A stretch of 64,000 nucleotides of DNA from Podarcis cretensis (lineage: Eukaryota): positions 94,364,001 to 94,428,000 of the forward strand of contig OX638150.1 in assembly GCA_951804945.1 (NCBI GenBank). Reading direction: 5' to 3'. Positions 1-10,709 of this stretch are shown here, piece by piece (position 1 is the first letter of the stretch; each line of letters starts with the position of its first letter). The translations under genes were made by a program, and so were the position numbers. Under the pieces are notes generated by a model. That model was not told the origin of the DNA. It did no database searches and saw only the letters and a list, made by a program, of their open reading frames with translations.

Positions 1-954
1 CATGGTAAGATGAATGATTTGATCCCTTCTGTATTATTTATTATGCCTTTTTATCTATGAATTTTAAACTATCCATTACCAGAAATGATGCCTATTTAAA
101 TAATATTATGACAGGGAGTTTTTTCTTTTTCCTAAAAGCTCTTTGCATCGAATCTGCAGTTAATACCATAGAAGTTAAGCCTCCATACTTCTTCCAATTG
201 TTTTCAGGCTATATAATACCCTCTGTCTTGTATGGGATTATTTGCTTACTTGCCGCAGCATGCAAGAATGTGAATTGCTAATTGGTATCCAATACATTTT
301 AAATAATTAGTGATGATTGCTGTATTTGAAGTGTAAGCAATTGTAAAATGTGCTGCTTGGCAAAAGTCCAGAAAACTAACACAGTATTTGGGATAATTAT
401 AGACAGTTAAATTGCTTTGGGTGTATTAATTGATAAGGTACATAAAAAGTGAAGGAGAAGAGAAAAGTAAAAGTGTCTAAAATTCTGTGTGGGTCCACAG
501 ATTTGCTTCTTAGGTTCTGGCCTTATATTATTTGGAAATGTGAGTAATTTGGGGCCTACAATTATTATTTGATTTAAGTTATTTGGCCTTTACACTTCAT
601 TTATACTGACACCGTTAATAAAAAGAATCATAGCAGTGAGCAGCATAAAATCAACAATAAAATTACATCCACAAAACAAGCACCAAATACATCATGTTGT
701 TTCAAATACACACATTTGAATAACCCGTAATAACTGTCTCCATCACTCAACTCACTTATGGGATGTTTTCTTTTGCAGAATGTTAAATACGATTACATTT
801 CTAATGAGGTTGTTCCCAGAACGGCACTGCAATGCTGGCAGCCCAACGATACCACTGTACTCCATTATAGCCTAAACACAGCACTGAGGAAGTATAAAAT
901 AGGAATGGAGGAAAACCACATTTCCCCCTCTCAGTATTCCTTCATTCCTTCATT

Positions 955-996
955 CCTTCATTGGTGTATCTGAAGAAGTGTGCATACACACGAAAG
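955..996 (+). mobile_element. Penelope-like element terminal fragment, 5' part (carries 5' half of a minimal hammerhead ribozyme); left boundary approximate
   Basis: TTGGTGTAT-CTGAAGA-A-GTGTG CATA CACAC-GAAAG; continues seamlessly at 6132 once the copia element and one TSD copy are removed. Confidence 0.75.
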
Positions 997-1321
997 TGTT
1001 GATTAGCAGTAGTGTCCAAGTGCACAGCGGAATGATGAGGAATACGTGCTCATACTCTAAGTTGCTTTATTTACATTTCAAAGCTGGTAGATTACAGAAA
1101 AACATCTTTACTCTGCCGGAGCAGAGAAAATGCATCCTCTCTCCTCTGAAGCACGGAGAGAATCACACTGTGTGAGAACAGTGAAAAAAACAGGAAACCA
1201 GTGTACGTCACATCCAGTCTCCTTTTCCCGTGGGAAACACAACAGTAATGCTGTCTGTGGAATGTAAACATTGTCTTGTGACAAGCCTTTCGCTGCACAG
1301 TGAAGAGAGCAGAAACCAACA
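997..1321 (-). repeat. 3' LTR of the copia element
   Basis: 325 bp; follows the PPT; minus-strand AATAAA at 1066-1071. Confidence 0.97.
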
Positions 1322-1333
1322 TCCTCCCCCTTT
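1322..1333 (-). promoter_or_regulatory. Polypurine tract
   Basis: Minus strand AAAGGGGGAGGA directly abuts the TG of the 3' LTR. Confidence 0.92.
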
Positions 1334-1368
1334 CTGTGAACACCACTGGGCAGCGTGTTCGTACAATA

Positions 1369-4300
1369 TCAGTACAAACCCAACTTCTGCACATAGGTAC
1401 AGTGTTGATCCCTTGATACAATCTTGGACAATACATCAGCAGGAATTTCATTACCTGGCATATAGGACACCGTTACGAGTCCCTTCTGAATACGCTCCCT
1501 AGCATGTTGCAACTTCAATTGCAAGTGCTTCGTGCTTTGCTTACAACCATCAGAATTCAGCAAAGCCAAACATGCTTTGTTGTCCTGGTAAACCTGGATT
1601 GGACATTTGACAGGAATTCTCATGTCTTTGCACAATTGTAACAACCATTCACAATCTTTGAGTGAATAAGACAGTGCATTCAGTTCAGCTTCACAAGTAC
1701 TTAAGCTAACTGTTGTTTGCTTCTTGCATGACCAATCAAATAGACCTTGATTGTACATATAGCAAACTCCAGACGTACTTTTCCTGTCTGTAGTGTCACT
1801 TCCAAAACTTGCATCTGCAAATATCTCAAGACCACCAGACTTCTGATTGTTAAATCTCAGTCTGTAATGCATAGTGCCTTTCAAATACCGCGCTATGCGT
1901 TTCAGAGCTTTCCAATCCTTAACAGTAGGATTGTTGACTTGTCTGCTTAGCAAATTACAGCTAACAGCAATGTCTGGTCTTGAACATCTGGCAATAAAGT
2001 TTAGCTTGCCTAGCACACTTCTGTACAGTGTAGTGTCAGAAAATGCTTCTTCAGTGTCATCTACCTGATAACCTGTTATCATTGGTGTGTCTACAGGGTT
2101 AGCATCCATCAGGTTTAGTTTGCCTAACACATCAGCAATTTTCCGTGACTGGTGTACTAGAATGTTACCAACTTGATCTCTCTCTATTTCCAGAGATAGG
2201 TAGTTGTTTACCTCACCAAGATCTTTCATGTCAAAGTGTTCCTTCAGTTGAGCTAGGGCGTTATTGTACATTGTGACATCATCCCAAAAGAATAAAAGAT
2301 CATCAACATAAAACAAACAATACAGTTTCTTTTGCCCCTCCTCTTTGACAAATACACATGGATCAGCTTTCCCTTGCTTAAAACCTAGAGAAAACAATAC
2401 TTCAGTGAGTTTTATGTGCCAACACCGTGCACTTTGTTTGAGACCATAAAGGGACTTTTTCAGAGCACAAACAAATCCCTGTTTTACCTGTACGCCATCA
2501 GGTGGAAGCATATAAAGTGATTCATCTAGAGATCCGTACAGAAAAGCTGTATTCACATCATGGTGACTAATGTGTAGATTCTCCTCTGCAGCTAGCTTGA
2601 GCATAAGCCTAATGCTCTCATACCTCACTGTGGGTGAGTAGGTCTCGTGATAGTCTTCACCTGGTACCTGTGCAAAACCTCTGGCTACCAATCTGGCTTT
2701 GTGTCTGACTATCTTGCCATTTTGATCAGTCTTCGCTTTGAAGACCCATTTGCTTCCACGCAGTTTCATTCCTGGAACTACTGGAACAAGTTCCCATGTT
2801 TTGTTCCTTTCCAAGGAATCAAGCTCAGCCTTCATGGCATTTAACCATGGTTCAGCTTCCTTTGAATCCAAATCCTGGATTTCTTGGAAACTTGAAGGTT
2901 CAAATACCTTCTTGGAGCTTTTAACAGCTGTTACTGCTATCTTAGCAAACTCATCAGCAAATCTCTTTGGAGGTCTGCCTTTTGTGGCTCTTTGTGACCT
3001 GCGAATTAGCCTTAGGTCTTCAACACTCTCCTCTTCCTTCTTAGGAGAAAAGCGACCTATTGTGAACAATGGTTCCTCCAATTCTTGATCAGAGCTTTCA
3101 GAGGGTCGCATAGAGGCTTTCGCAGTCTTGAAATCCTCTGAATCACCTGATTCAGTTTCAGACTCAGAATCAGAACCTTCATCAGTGGGTGTGGGTTGCT
3201 GTGGTTGCTTTTGACTATCCTCAGTCTCATCACCGTCATCAGGATAACATTGGAAAATTCCCACATTCTCCCCCCACTTAGCATTGTACTCAACACTTCT
3301 TGTGAGCTTAATAGTCTTAGAGTCAGTCATCCTTATTCTGTAAGAACCTTTCTCATAACCTAGAAAGATACCATGCAAACCACGCTTGTCTAACTTGGAG
3401 TTTTGTGGTGAGTGAACCCACATGTCAGAACCAAAAATTCTCATGTGTTTGATGTATGGTTTCTTGCCAAACATCTTCTCATAGGGGGTACAACCAATCG
3501 CTGAAGATAACCTGCGATTATAACTGTAAGTGAAACATGAGAGAGCTTCGGCCCAATAACTCTCTGGAAGATTTGCATCATGCAGCAAGGTTTTTAACCC
3601 TTGAAGCAATGTTTGATTTGCCCGTTCTGCAAGTCCATTCTGCCATGGCGAGCGAGGACTAGACAAATCGTGTTGAATTCCTTTCTCAGACAGAAAAGCT
3701 TCAAACTGCTGAGAAGTGAATTCTCCCCCGCGATCACTGAAAAGAGTTTTTACCTTGTTACCATGCACATTTTCCAACCAAGCACAGAATTCCTTGAACC
3801 TAGGAAAAGCCTCTGATTTCTGCTTGAGATTGTACACATAAATATACCTGGAAAATGCATCAATGAGAACCATGAAGTACCTATTTCCTCCCAAAGAGGG
3901 CGCTAGTGGTCCAACCAAATCAGCATGAATAATTTGGTATGGTTCTGTAGCTTGCCTACTAGACACCTTACCTTTCGCAGCCATTTTCACCTTGTTTGCT
4001 GCGCATGCCTTGCACTTCATGTGGTACCTGCAGGGTTTAATAGTCATACCTTCAACCAAGGCAGGCATTTTAGATACTGCCTCAAAACCCAAATGTCCAA
4101 ATTTTCGATGAAAATCATGAATACATTCTGCATGCAAACATTTGTTAGAACCTGCAATGCAACAAGTATCATCCTGCACAACATCATCATAATACAAAAC
4201 ATATAAACGATCAACATATTCAGCATACAATACATAATCATTTTTCTTTGTGATGATGCACCTTTTGTTCTTAAAGGAAACGTCAATGTTCCGCTCATTC

Positions 4301-5397
4301 AGCTGTCTAACGCTGAGCAAATTATGTTTGGCATCCGGCACATAAAGTACATTCTGTATCGATAAGTCCAAACTGTGAAGAACAACAGTTCCGTAGCCTT
4401 TACTGGGAATTGTGTGGTCATCTGCCTGGTGAATCGCACCTTCCTGCGGTGTAAAAGACACGAACATTCGCTTATCGTTGCACATGTGGTGGGTTGCCGC
4501 TGAATCAACAACGAAGAAAGATCTAGACGTCTTCTGGACCTCTGCAACTTTCGGAGTAAAGCGTGAGACCATTGCTTTGGGCTGCGTTGTCCTGGACACC
4601 GGACCTTTGCCTTTGCCTCGGCCTTTTCCACGCGATGAGCTTCCACTGCGCTGCTCTGTCTTGGCCCTGGGATATTTGCATTCCCTCTTCATATGGCCTA
4701 GACGTCCACACGAGTAGCATTTCACTGCCTTCAAAGCTTTGGCACCATCTGGTGGTTCCACTGCACTCAGGGATGACGTCTGTGAAGACTCCCCCTTTCC
4801 CATGCAGCTATCACCCTGGCAATCTGCTTCATTTTGAATCACGGCAGTAACATAATCCACTGTCAGCTGAGCGGTAGGCTGTACAGCAATCTGAGTCGCA
4901 ACAGACTCCCAACCTGAACCCAAAGATTGTAGTATCATGAAGGAATACACAGCCTCTGGAAAGTTGAGTCCTCTCTGTTGCAGCTCATGTCTCAGATTCT
5001 GCATCTCCATCAGATGTGTACGCACATCTCCACCTTCAGCAAGAGCCATATTATGCAGCTTGTTAAAATAAAACATAGTAGATCCAGCTTCTGTCCTCAA
5101 GTGTGCCTCCCTCAAAGCGTCCCAAATTTCTCTGGCTGAGGTCTTATCACGCAATAGACAGAGCTCTTCTGGGGATACTATCAATGTAAGAGTTCCCCTT
5201 GCTTTGGAATCTTTAGCTTTCCATGCATCTGTAATTGGAGCTGGGGGGGTATCTGTAATAACTTCAAACAGACCCTCTTTCCGCAGAATAGCCTCTGCAT
5301 AGATAACCCAGTCCACGTAGTTCTTCTTATTGAGCTTGGGAATCCCACAAGCATCCTGAAGGGCCATCATGTCTCTGGCATTAGCCTTCTGCGTCAT
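1369..5397 (-). CDS. Copia gag-pol polyprotein, about 1342 aa from the first ATG (track ORF opens at 5415 on TTG)
   Basis: Gag region, then zinc knuckle CYSCGRLGHMKREC (CX2CX4HX4C), protease VVDSAATHHM, integrase HHCC (HRKFGH...CKAC), D..D(35)E core (HADLVG / SDRGGEF / GLAERAN), GIFLGY motif, RT (KARLVARGF, LKKSLYGLKQ, YVDD) and RNase H (FADASFG, CEAE, QDN, ADVLSK). No stop or frameshift. Confidence 0.97.
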   Translation of the reverse strand: MTQKANARDMMALQDACGIPKLNKKNYVDWVIYAEAILRKEGLFEVITDTPPAPITDAWKAKDSKARGTLTLIVSPEELCLLRDKTSAREIWDALREAHLRTEAGSTMFYFNKLHNMALAEGGDVRTHLMEMQNLRHELQQRGLNFPEAVYSFMILQSLGSGWESVATQIAVQPTAQLTVDYVTAVIQNEADCQGDSCMGKGESSQTSSLSAVEPPDGAKALKAVKCYSCGRLGHMKRECKYPRAKTEQRSGSSSRGKGRGKGKGPVSRTTQPKAMVSRFTPKVAEVQKTSRSFFVVDSAATHHMCNDKRMFVSFTPQEGAIHQADDHTIPSKGYGTVVLHSLDLSIQNVLYVPDAKHNLLSVRQLNERNIDVSFKNKRCIITKKNDYVLYAEYVDRLYVLYYDDVVQDDTCCIAGSNKCLHAECIHDFHRKFGHLGFEAVSKMPALVEGMTIKPCRYHMKCKACAANKVKMAAKGKVSSRQATEPYQIIHADLVGPLAPSLGGNRYFMVLIDAFSRYIYVYNLKQKSEAFPRFKEFCAWLENVHGNKVKTLFSDRGGEFTSQQFEAFLSEKGIQHDLSSPRSPWQNGLAERANQTLLQGLKTLLHDANLPESYWAEALSCFTYSYNRRLSSAIGCTPYEKMFGKKPYIKHMRIFGSDMWVHSPQNSKLDKRGLHGIFLGYEKGSYRIRMTDSKTIKLTRSVEYNAKWGENVGIFQCYPDDGDETEDSQKQPQQPTPTDEGSDSESETESGDSEDFKTAKASMRPSESSDQELEEPLFTIGRFSPKKEEESVEDLRLIRRSQRATKGRPPKRFADEFAKIAVTAVKSSKKVFEPSSFQEIQDLDSKEAEPWLNAMKAELDSLERNKTWELVPVVPGMKLRGSKWVFKAKTDQNGKIVRHKARLVARGFAQVPGEDYHETYSPTVRYESIRLMLKLAAEENLHISHHDVNTAFLYGSLDESLYMLPPDGVQVKQGFVCALKKSLYGLKQSARCWHIKLTEVLFSLGFKQGKADPCVFVKEEGQKKLYCLFYVDDLLFFWDDVTMYNNALAQLKEHFDMKDLGEVNNYLSLEIERDQVGNILVHQSRKIADVLGKLNLMDANPVDTPMITGYQVDDTEEAFSDTTLYRSVLGKLNFIARCSRPDIAVSCNLLSRQVNNPTVKDWKALKRIARYLKGTMHYRLRFNNQKSGGLEIFADASFGSDTTDRKSTSGVCYMYNQGLFDWSCKKQTTVSLSTCEAELNALSYSLKDCEWLLQLCKDMRIPVKCPIQVYQDNKACLALLNSDGCKQSTKHLQLKLQHARERIQKGLVTVSYMPGNEIPADVLSKIVSRDQHCTYVQKLGLY

Positions 5398-5783
5398 CTC
5401 TGCTGCTTTAAACAAGCTGCTTTATACAAGCTGCGTCTCTGCTGCTTCAAGCCTCATTCCAAAGGCAAGTTCAAAAGAGCTTTCCCTCTGCTGCCCTAAA
5501 ATCATGCTGCGTCACTTCTGCAGCTGCTTCAGCCCTTTTAAAAGTTACTTTCGATTTCCCCAGCATAGCCTTCGCCTGTTCCCGGCAAACGGCCATAAAA
5601 GTTCAAAGTCCAGCCATAAAGCCATTAATTAGAAGCTGGCAGGCTGCCCGGAGCAGTAGCACATACCTCATCAATCATCTTGACGCGCAGATACCGTCCG
5701 ATCCATCCCTTTGCATTCCGATCCTTTTGCCGGCATTCTGATGACTGCGTCTTTGCTCCTTTGCCAGGAGCCCGATTCGACTT

Positions 5784-5797
5784 CTGGGCCCATAACC
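5784..5797 (-). promoter_or_regulatory. Primer-binding site complementary to the internal anticodon arm of initiator tRNA-Met (half-tRNA priming)
   Basis: Minus strand reads GGTTATGGGCCCAG, 4 nt inside the 5' LTR. The plus strand CTGGGCCCATAACC is the tRNAiMet anticodon-arm sequence, not the tRNA 3'-CCA end. Confidence 0.92.
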
Positions 5798-5801
5798 AAA
5801 A

Positions 5802-6126
5802 TGTTGATTAGCAGTAGTGTCCAAGTGCACAGCGGAATGATGAGGAATACGTGCTCATACTCTAAGTTGCTTTATTTACATTTCAAAGCTGGTAGATTAC
5901 AGAAAAACATCTTTACTCTGCCGGAGCAGAGAAAATGCATCCTCTCTCCTCTGAAGCACGGAGAGAATCACACTGTGTGAGAACAGTGAAAAAAACAGGA
6001 AACCAGTGTACGTCACATCCAGTCTCCTTTTCCCGTGGGAAACACAACAGTAATGCTGTCTGTGGAATGTAAACATTGTCTTGTGACAAGCCTTTCGCTG
6101 CACAGTGAAGAGAGCAGAAACCAACA
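5802..6126 (-). repeat. 5' LTR of the copia element
   Basis: 325 bp; reads identical to 997-1321 on manual comparison; adjacent to the PBS. Confidence 0.97.
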
Positions 6127-6235
6127 GAAAGCTCATACCAAGTACTAACTTAGTTGGTCTTTAAGGTGCTACTGGAAGGAATTTTTTTATTTTGTTTTGA
6201 CTATGGCAGACCAACACGGCTACCTATCTGTAACT
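6127..6235 (+). mobile_element. Penelope-like element terminal fragment, 3' part
   Basis: GAAAGCTCATACCAA...TTAGTTGGTCTTTAAGGTGCTACTGG...GCAGACCAACACGGCTACC, recognised from memory as a common reptile Penelope terminal repeat. Confidence 0.75.
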
Positions 6236-6395
6236 TCATTCCTGCCTTATTCAAACCTCTGCCCATGTTTAAAATAGCCACTTTCCCCTATCCCTTCTCG
6301 CTCTCCCATTCCTCAGCTGCCCCACATGAGAAATGTAAAGGATGTGGACCCCTCAAATATTCCCATGATACTTTATTCAACCCTGTGTTCTTGTA

Positions 6396-6397
<2 letters not shown>

Positions 6398-6430
<33 letters not shown>
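6398..6430. repeat. (TAA)n microsatellite
   Basis: Read directly; similar tracts at 18680-18724 and 35126-35161. Confidence 0.95.
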
Positions 6431-6432
<2 letters not shown>

Positions 6433-7391
6433 GAAATCGATTCCTCACCAGTGTTCTGCTAGTTCCTTTGGAGCAGTTACACCAACAGTAACAAAATGTT
6501 TGGTATTAGTATAAGACAGCTTTCTGTAGACAGATAAATCAAATGATAACAAATTTAAAGTGCTTAAAAAGAACCTGTATCCAAACATCTTGACTGGGCT
6601 TAGTTTCAGCGATTACACTTAAAGAATTTTTTTGCTGGTTTTCATTTGTCATATTTCTATTTTGGTAGCATTTTATTTCATTTATTATTGCATTTATATA
6701 TTGCCTTCCTGCCAAGGCACACAGTACAGTTTTTCAATATTTATCTATATTTTATCTTATATTTCCCCGAAGTATTGTTACTTTCTCTGAATCCTTGGCA
6801 TGGAAAGAACTAACATAAAATGAATGAATAAATGCTTGCAACATACAGTATTTGAAATGGTATTCTACCTTTTCTGTAGGAATTTGTCTATCATTGTTAT
6901 TAGTCCTGCTAGCTTAATTCCAGATCCAGACACAATAAGCCCTAAATAACAGTTGTGGAGAAACAGTGGTTGAGAGCTGTTGCCTTCAAACCCTATCTGC
7001 GGGCTCCATGGAGGCATCCGGTTCCTACATTATTATGCTTGGTTCAGAAAAAAAAATTCAAGAACCAACATAGAGCTCCTTGTGTTATATCCTTGAAAGC
7101 TATATAGCTGAACTAGTGTGAAGCAGTCATATCATTAAAACTTTTTGATGTTGTAGGGTGTTTGTTTGTTTGTTTGTTTGCGGGGTAAGGAATTCAGTTT
7201 GATTAAATATGCTAAATCCTAATCTAAAAATGCTAGCAGCCACTCAGGAAGCTGACATGTTTTTTTGGGGGGGGGCAGTACGACGATGACACAGTTAAAA
7301 GTAACACATTAACAAAAACTATTCATTCTGATTCTTTTTAGTATTTTGACATTTGTGTACACATGCATTAAAACAACAAATATTTTAAACA

Positions 7392-7465
7392 TCACAATTT
7401 CAAGACATTTATGTAATCTGCGTTCTCCCCTTCGCTCAGTGGACTCTGAGAGTGAGGATAATGAA
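7392..7465 (-). CDS. Candidate terminal coding exon of an unidentified host gene (xHYPHSQSPLSEGENADYINVLKL*)
   Basis: Acceptor TCTGCCTTTCCAG; open in phase 1, matching the exons at 18536 and 39516; unique sequence retaining CpGs. No homolog recognised. Confidence 0.3.
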
Positions 7466-7534
7466 CTGGAAAGGCAGATTTCATGACTCATGGGTGTGCA
7501 TTACACATGTGCTCAATCCTTTTAGAACTTACAA

Positions 7535-7848
7535 TATTTAAATGTCTGTCACAAGGAAGATGGAGCAAGCTTGTTTCTTCCCACTTCGAAGGCTAAGACC
7601 CAAACCAATGGCTTCGAGTTAGAAGAACGGACATTCCGACTAAACACCAAGAAGAACTTTCTGACTGTAAGAGCTGTTCAGCAGCAGAACAGACTCCCTC
7701 AGAAGGTGGTGGTCTCTCCTTCTTTGAAGATATTGAAGTAGAGGTTCGAGAGCCATCCGTCATGCATGATCTAGTTGAGATTTGTGCATTCCAGGGGTAG
7801 ACTAGATGACCTTTGCGGTCCTGTCCAACTCTACAATTTTATGATTCC
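7535..7848 (+). mobile_element. CR1 LINE 3' fragment, degraded
   Basis: AAGAACTTTCTGACTGTAAGAGCTGTTCAGCAG...GGTAGACTAGATGACC...TCCAACTCTACAATTTTATGATTC, a typical CR1 3' end. Confidence 0.8.
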
Positions 7849-7995
7849 AGTCATGTGAAAGCCCACACAGCCGAAAGGTGTTTGGTTTAGTTTGGATGGC
7901 GTGTTTAGCATCAGCTTTAAGATAGGCTTAGTACTGTGGCATCAGAGTTCTATAGAAAGTGAAGACTTTCAGCCAATGCCTTCTTTTGAAATTAA

Positions 7996-8237
7996 TTGTG
8001 GTACCTCAGGTTAAGAACTTAATTCGTTATTGAGGTCCGTTCTTAACCTGAAATTGTTCTTAACCTGAAGCACCACTTTAGCTAATGGGGCCTCCCACTG
8101 CCGCCGCGCCACCACCGCACAATTTCTGTTCTCATCCTGAAGCAAAGTTCTTAACCCGAGGTATTTTTTCTGGGTTAGCGGAGTCTGTAACCTGAAGTGT
8201 CTGTAACCTGAAGCATCTGTAACCCAAGGTACCACTG
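7996..8237 (-). mobile_element. Tc1/mariner (Tigger/pogo-like) MITE, family A copy 1
   Basis: GTGGTACCTC...GGTACCACTG terminal inverted repeats; internal sequence shared with six other copies. Confidence 0.9.
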
Positions 8238-9158
8238 TATTTTAAAAACATGTGATTATCCTGAATGTTTACAGTGTCATGAAACATGATCTTACTATCT
8301 AACCTTCTCATGAACAGAATAGGTTTTAATAAATGATTATAGCAAAAAAAAAATCCATATTGATACAATAAACTGAATTTATTAAGATATCTGAGCAATC
8401 AGAGTTTAAGGTTAACATTAAGACTTCATTGATGTACTCTAGTAAAACTAGTCTGGTAAAAAAAAAAGTAAGTTATGTATACATTAATAAATGACAGCAT
8501 TTGTTCAAATTAATATAGTACAGTCTTGCTTCCATCTTTTGACCTGCGGTATCAAAGGCACAGGAAATGAGCTTTTATTTATGAAAATCAAGCTTTGCCT
8601 ACAGCTGGATAAGGTTGCAATAATTTATTGTACATTCATAAAGTAACTGTTATGAAGCTCAAAACTGGCATTCAGGTGAGGTAGAATGAAGTACCAATGA
8701 CATAGGATCTATCCCTCATATTATTAGTGGAGCTGCATATACACAAGCATTACCTAACCATTCATTCACATAGTTGATGCTAGCCAACATATTTAAATGC
8801 ATTCCAATAGTTGATGCCATAGAAGAGCCTTAAACAGCTGTGCAGTGATATAAACAGCAATAATTCACTGAGGGATGCTGCTAGATCTGTGGCAACAAAG
8901 ACACTGATTAATCAACATGATATCACAATAGCAGCCTGCAGTAATGTGCTCAGGGCATTTTTATGCAATAGTACAATAGAGGAGGGTGAGGAACAGAATA
9001 GAGACCAAGGTGAAATGTATTTCTATGTATTTCTGCACGACATTCTTGTCTTTATAAGAGCAGCATACAGGGTTTCATTGCTAGGGAATTGCTTCAAGCA
9101 TTTAAATAAAAAGTGTGTGTGTATACACTCTCTCTCACACACAAACACACACACCACT

Positions 9159-9159
<1 letters not shown>

Positions 9160-9206
<47 letters not shown>
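9160..9206. repeat. (TAGT)n microsatellite
   Basis: Read directly; also (GT)n at 9833-9859 and (AAAT)n at 19050-19094. Confidence 0.95.
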
Positions 9207-9829
9207 AAAGAAGAAGCCATAATCAGACCATGGTTTGGGATGCTGGCGTGAACATGGAAGCTATGGGGAACTGTAGCTGGTTTAAAAATAGAAGTGGATT
9301 CTTCTGTTAAATTCCTCCAGCATGTGAAAAATGAAATGTTGCAATGGCTGGATCCATACTAGGGAAGTATGGTTTCTTACAGAGTCTGAACTGGGCCACA
9401 ATATTCAACTGTTATTAGGCAAGCTGAGTATAGTTTGGCATGAATGACCCATGTGGCAGCCATCTTCCCTCTGGGAAGGATACTGCATTATGACATAGCA
9501 TTGTTATTTCCTGGAATAGTGCCCAGGAACATGGCCAGAGCAGCCATGCCATTGCTTGAAGTGGTGGCAAGCCTTTGCTTGTTGTTAAAGAAGAAAAGAA
9601 AGGGAAAGGTGGCCACCATATATTTAGTGTAAGATGAATTTTCTTCACCCAAATCATCCTACTTCTAAAAAGGAGGGAGATTTGGTTTAATACCTACCAC
9701 TCTGTGTATATAAAAGCTGTCTTTTTAAAATTATTTGTTCTTTCTCCAAAATGTTTTTTTTATTTCTGTAATATATTCTGTATAATGTGTGTATGTGTAT
9801 ATCTATTTTTACAGTGCAATATTTGTGTA

Positions 9830-9861
<32 letters not shown>

Positions 9862-10484
9862 CAAGCAGCCAGCATACTAGATGAATCTCTGGTAAGATCT
9901 GAAGACTTTTTTTAGTATGATATTTAGGGCATTATATGTAAATCATCTTATTTATAACCTTTATTTTATTCTCAGTGATGTAGGGAAGAATTCCTATCAG
10001 TGCTTTGTTTTTGGGTGGAAAAAAATTATTTTCATAAGTTCATTAGTAACAATGAATGAATGCCAGTTCCAAATTCAATATTAGGCAAGCTTGGCAGTTT
10101 CAAAATATTTATCTTTCTTTACTAAATGTATGTAAAATAAGAATGCTAAATTAGAACACTTTCTAACGCAAAGTGAACATTTTCTAATGCAAATTATCCA
10201 ATGCAATAATTTGCATAGATTTTTTTTTCTATTCAAAACTTTCCAGAAACCCAGTATAACTGTTTATACTTTTAGCTGAACAAAAGAGATTATTTCCATT
10301 ATGCAATGGGAAAATGTAGTATTACTACAATAGTGATTACCAATGACAGCTAAAAAAATGATGCAAGTGTATCTGCTTGGCCTACCCTACAGCAGCTCTG
10401 TGAATTGAATGTTAGCATATTAACTTCAAATGTTAATGAATTTCACTTAATTTTTAGAAGATGTAATGCTGCACCTGTTGAATA

Positions 10485-10709
10485 CAGTGGTACCTCAGGT
10501 CACATACGCTTCAGGTTACATACGCTTCAGGTTACAGACACTACTAACCCAGAAATATTACCTCAGGTTAAGAACCTTGCTTCACGATGAGAACAGAAAT
10601 CATGCTCCTTCGGCGCAGCGGCAGCAGGAGGCCCCATTAGCTAAAGTGGTGCTTCAGGTTAAGAACAGACCTCCGGAACGAATTAAGTACTTAACCCGAG
10701 GTACCACTG
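10485..10709 (+). mobile_element. Tigger-like MITE family A copy 2
   Basis: TA-CAGTGGTACCTC...GAGGTACCACTG-TA. Confidence 0.92.

Larger units (their letters stand above)
997..6126 (-). mobile_element. Full-length, apparently intact Ty1/copia LTR retrotransposon
   Basis: Two 325-bp LTRs (997-1321 and 5802-6126) with TGTTG...CAACA ends. 5-bp TSD GAAAG at 992-996 and 6127-6131. PBS, PPT and one gag-pol ORF in copia domain order (PR-IN-RT-RH). Confidence 0.98.
961..6141 (+). ncRNA. Minimal type I hammerhead ribozyme motif split by the copia insertion (961-996 plus 6132-6141)
   Basis: Core CUGAAGA (970-976), stem II GUGUG/CACAC (978-991), GAAA (992-995), palindromic AGCU stem III, CUC cleavage triplet (6132-6134), stem I GUAU/AUAC with bulged extension. 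Confidence 0.7.

Noticed and set aside
1747-5632. Plus-strand and alternate-frame ORFs inside the copia element; possible env or extra gene
   Set aside because: They are shadows of the gag-pol frame. Only about 35 bp separate the pol stop from the PPT, leaving no room for env.
5784-5797. tRNA-Met gene
   Set aside because: Only a 14-nt match with no cloverleaf; it is the PBS.
978-6136. Duplicated small ORFs (978-1175 / 5711-5980 and 1092-1451 / 5897-6136)
   Set aside because: They are the same LTR sequence translated twice.
7440-7486. Plus-strand exon reading xDSESEDNELERQIS*
   Set aside because: It has a plausible acceptor but no convincing plus-strand partner exons; the minus-strand reading fits the other candidates better. 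Not fully excluded.
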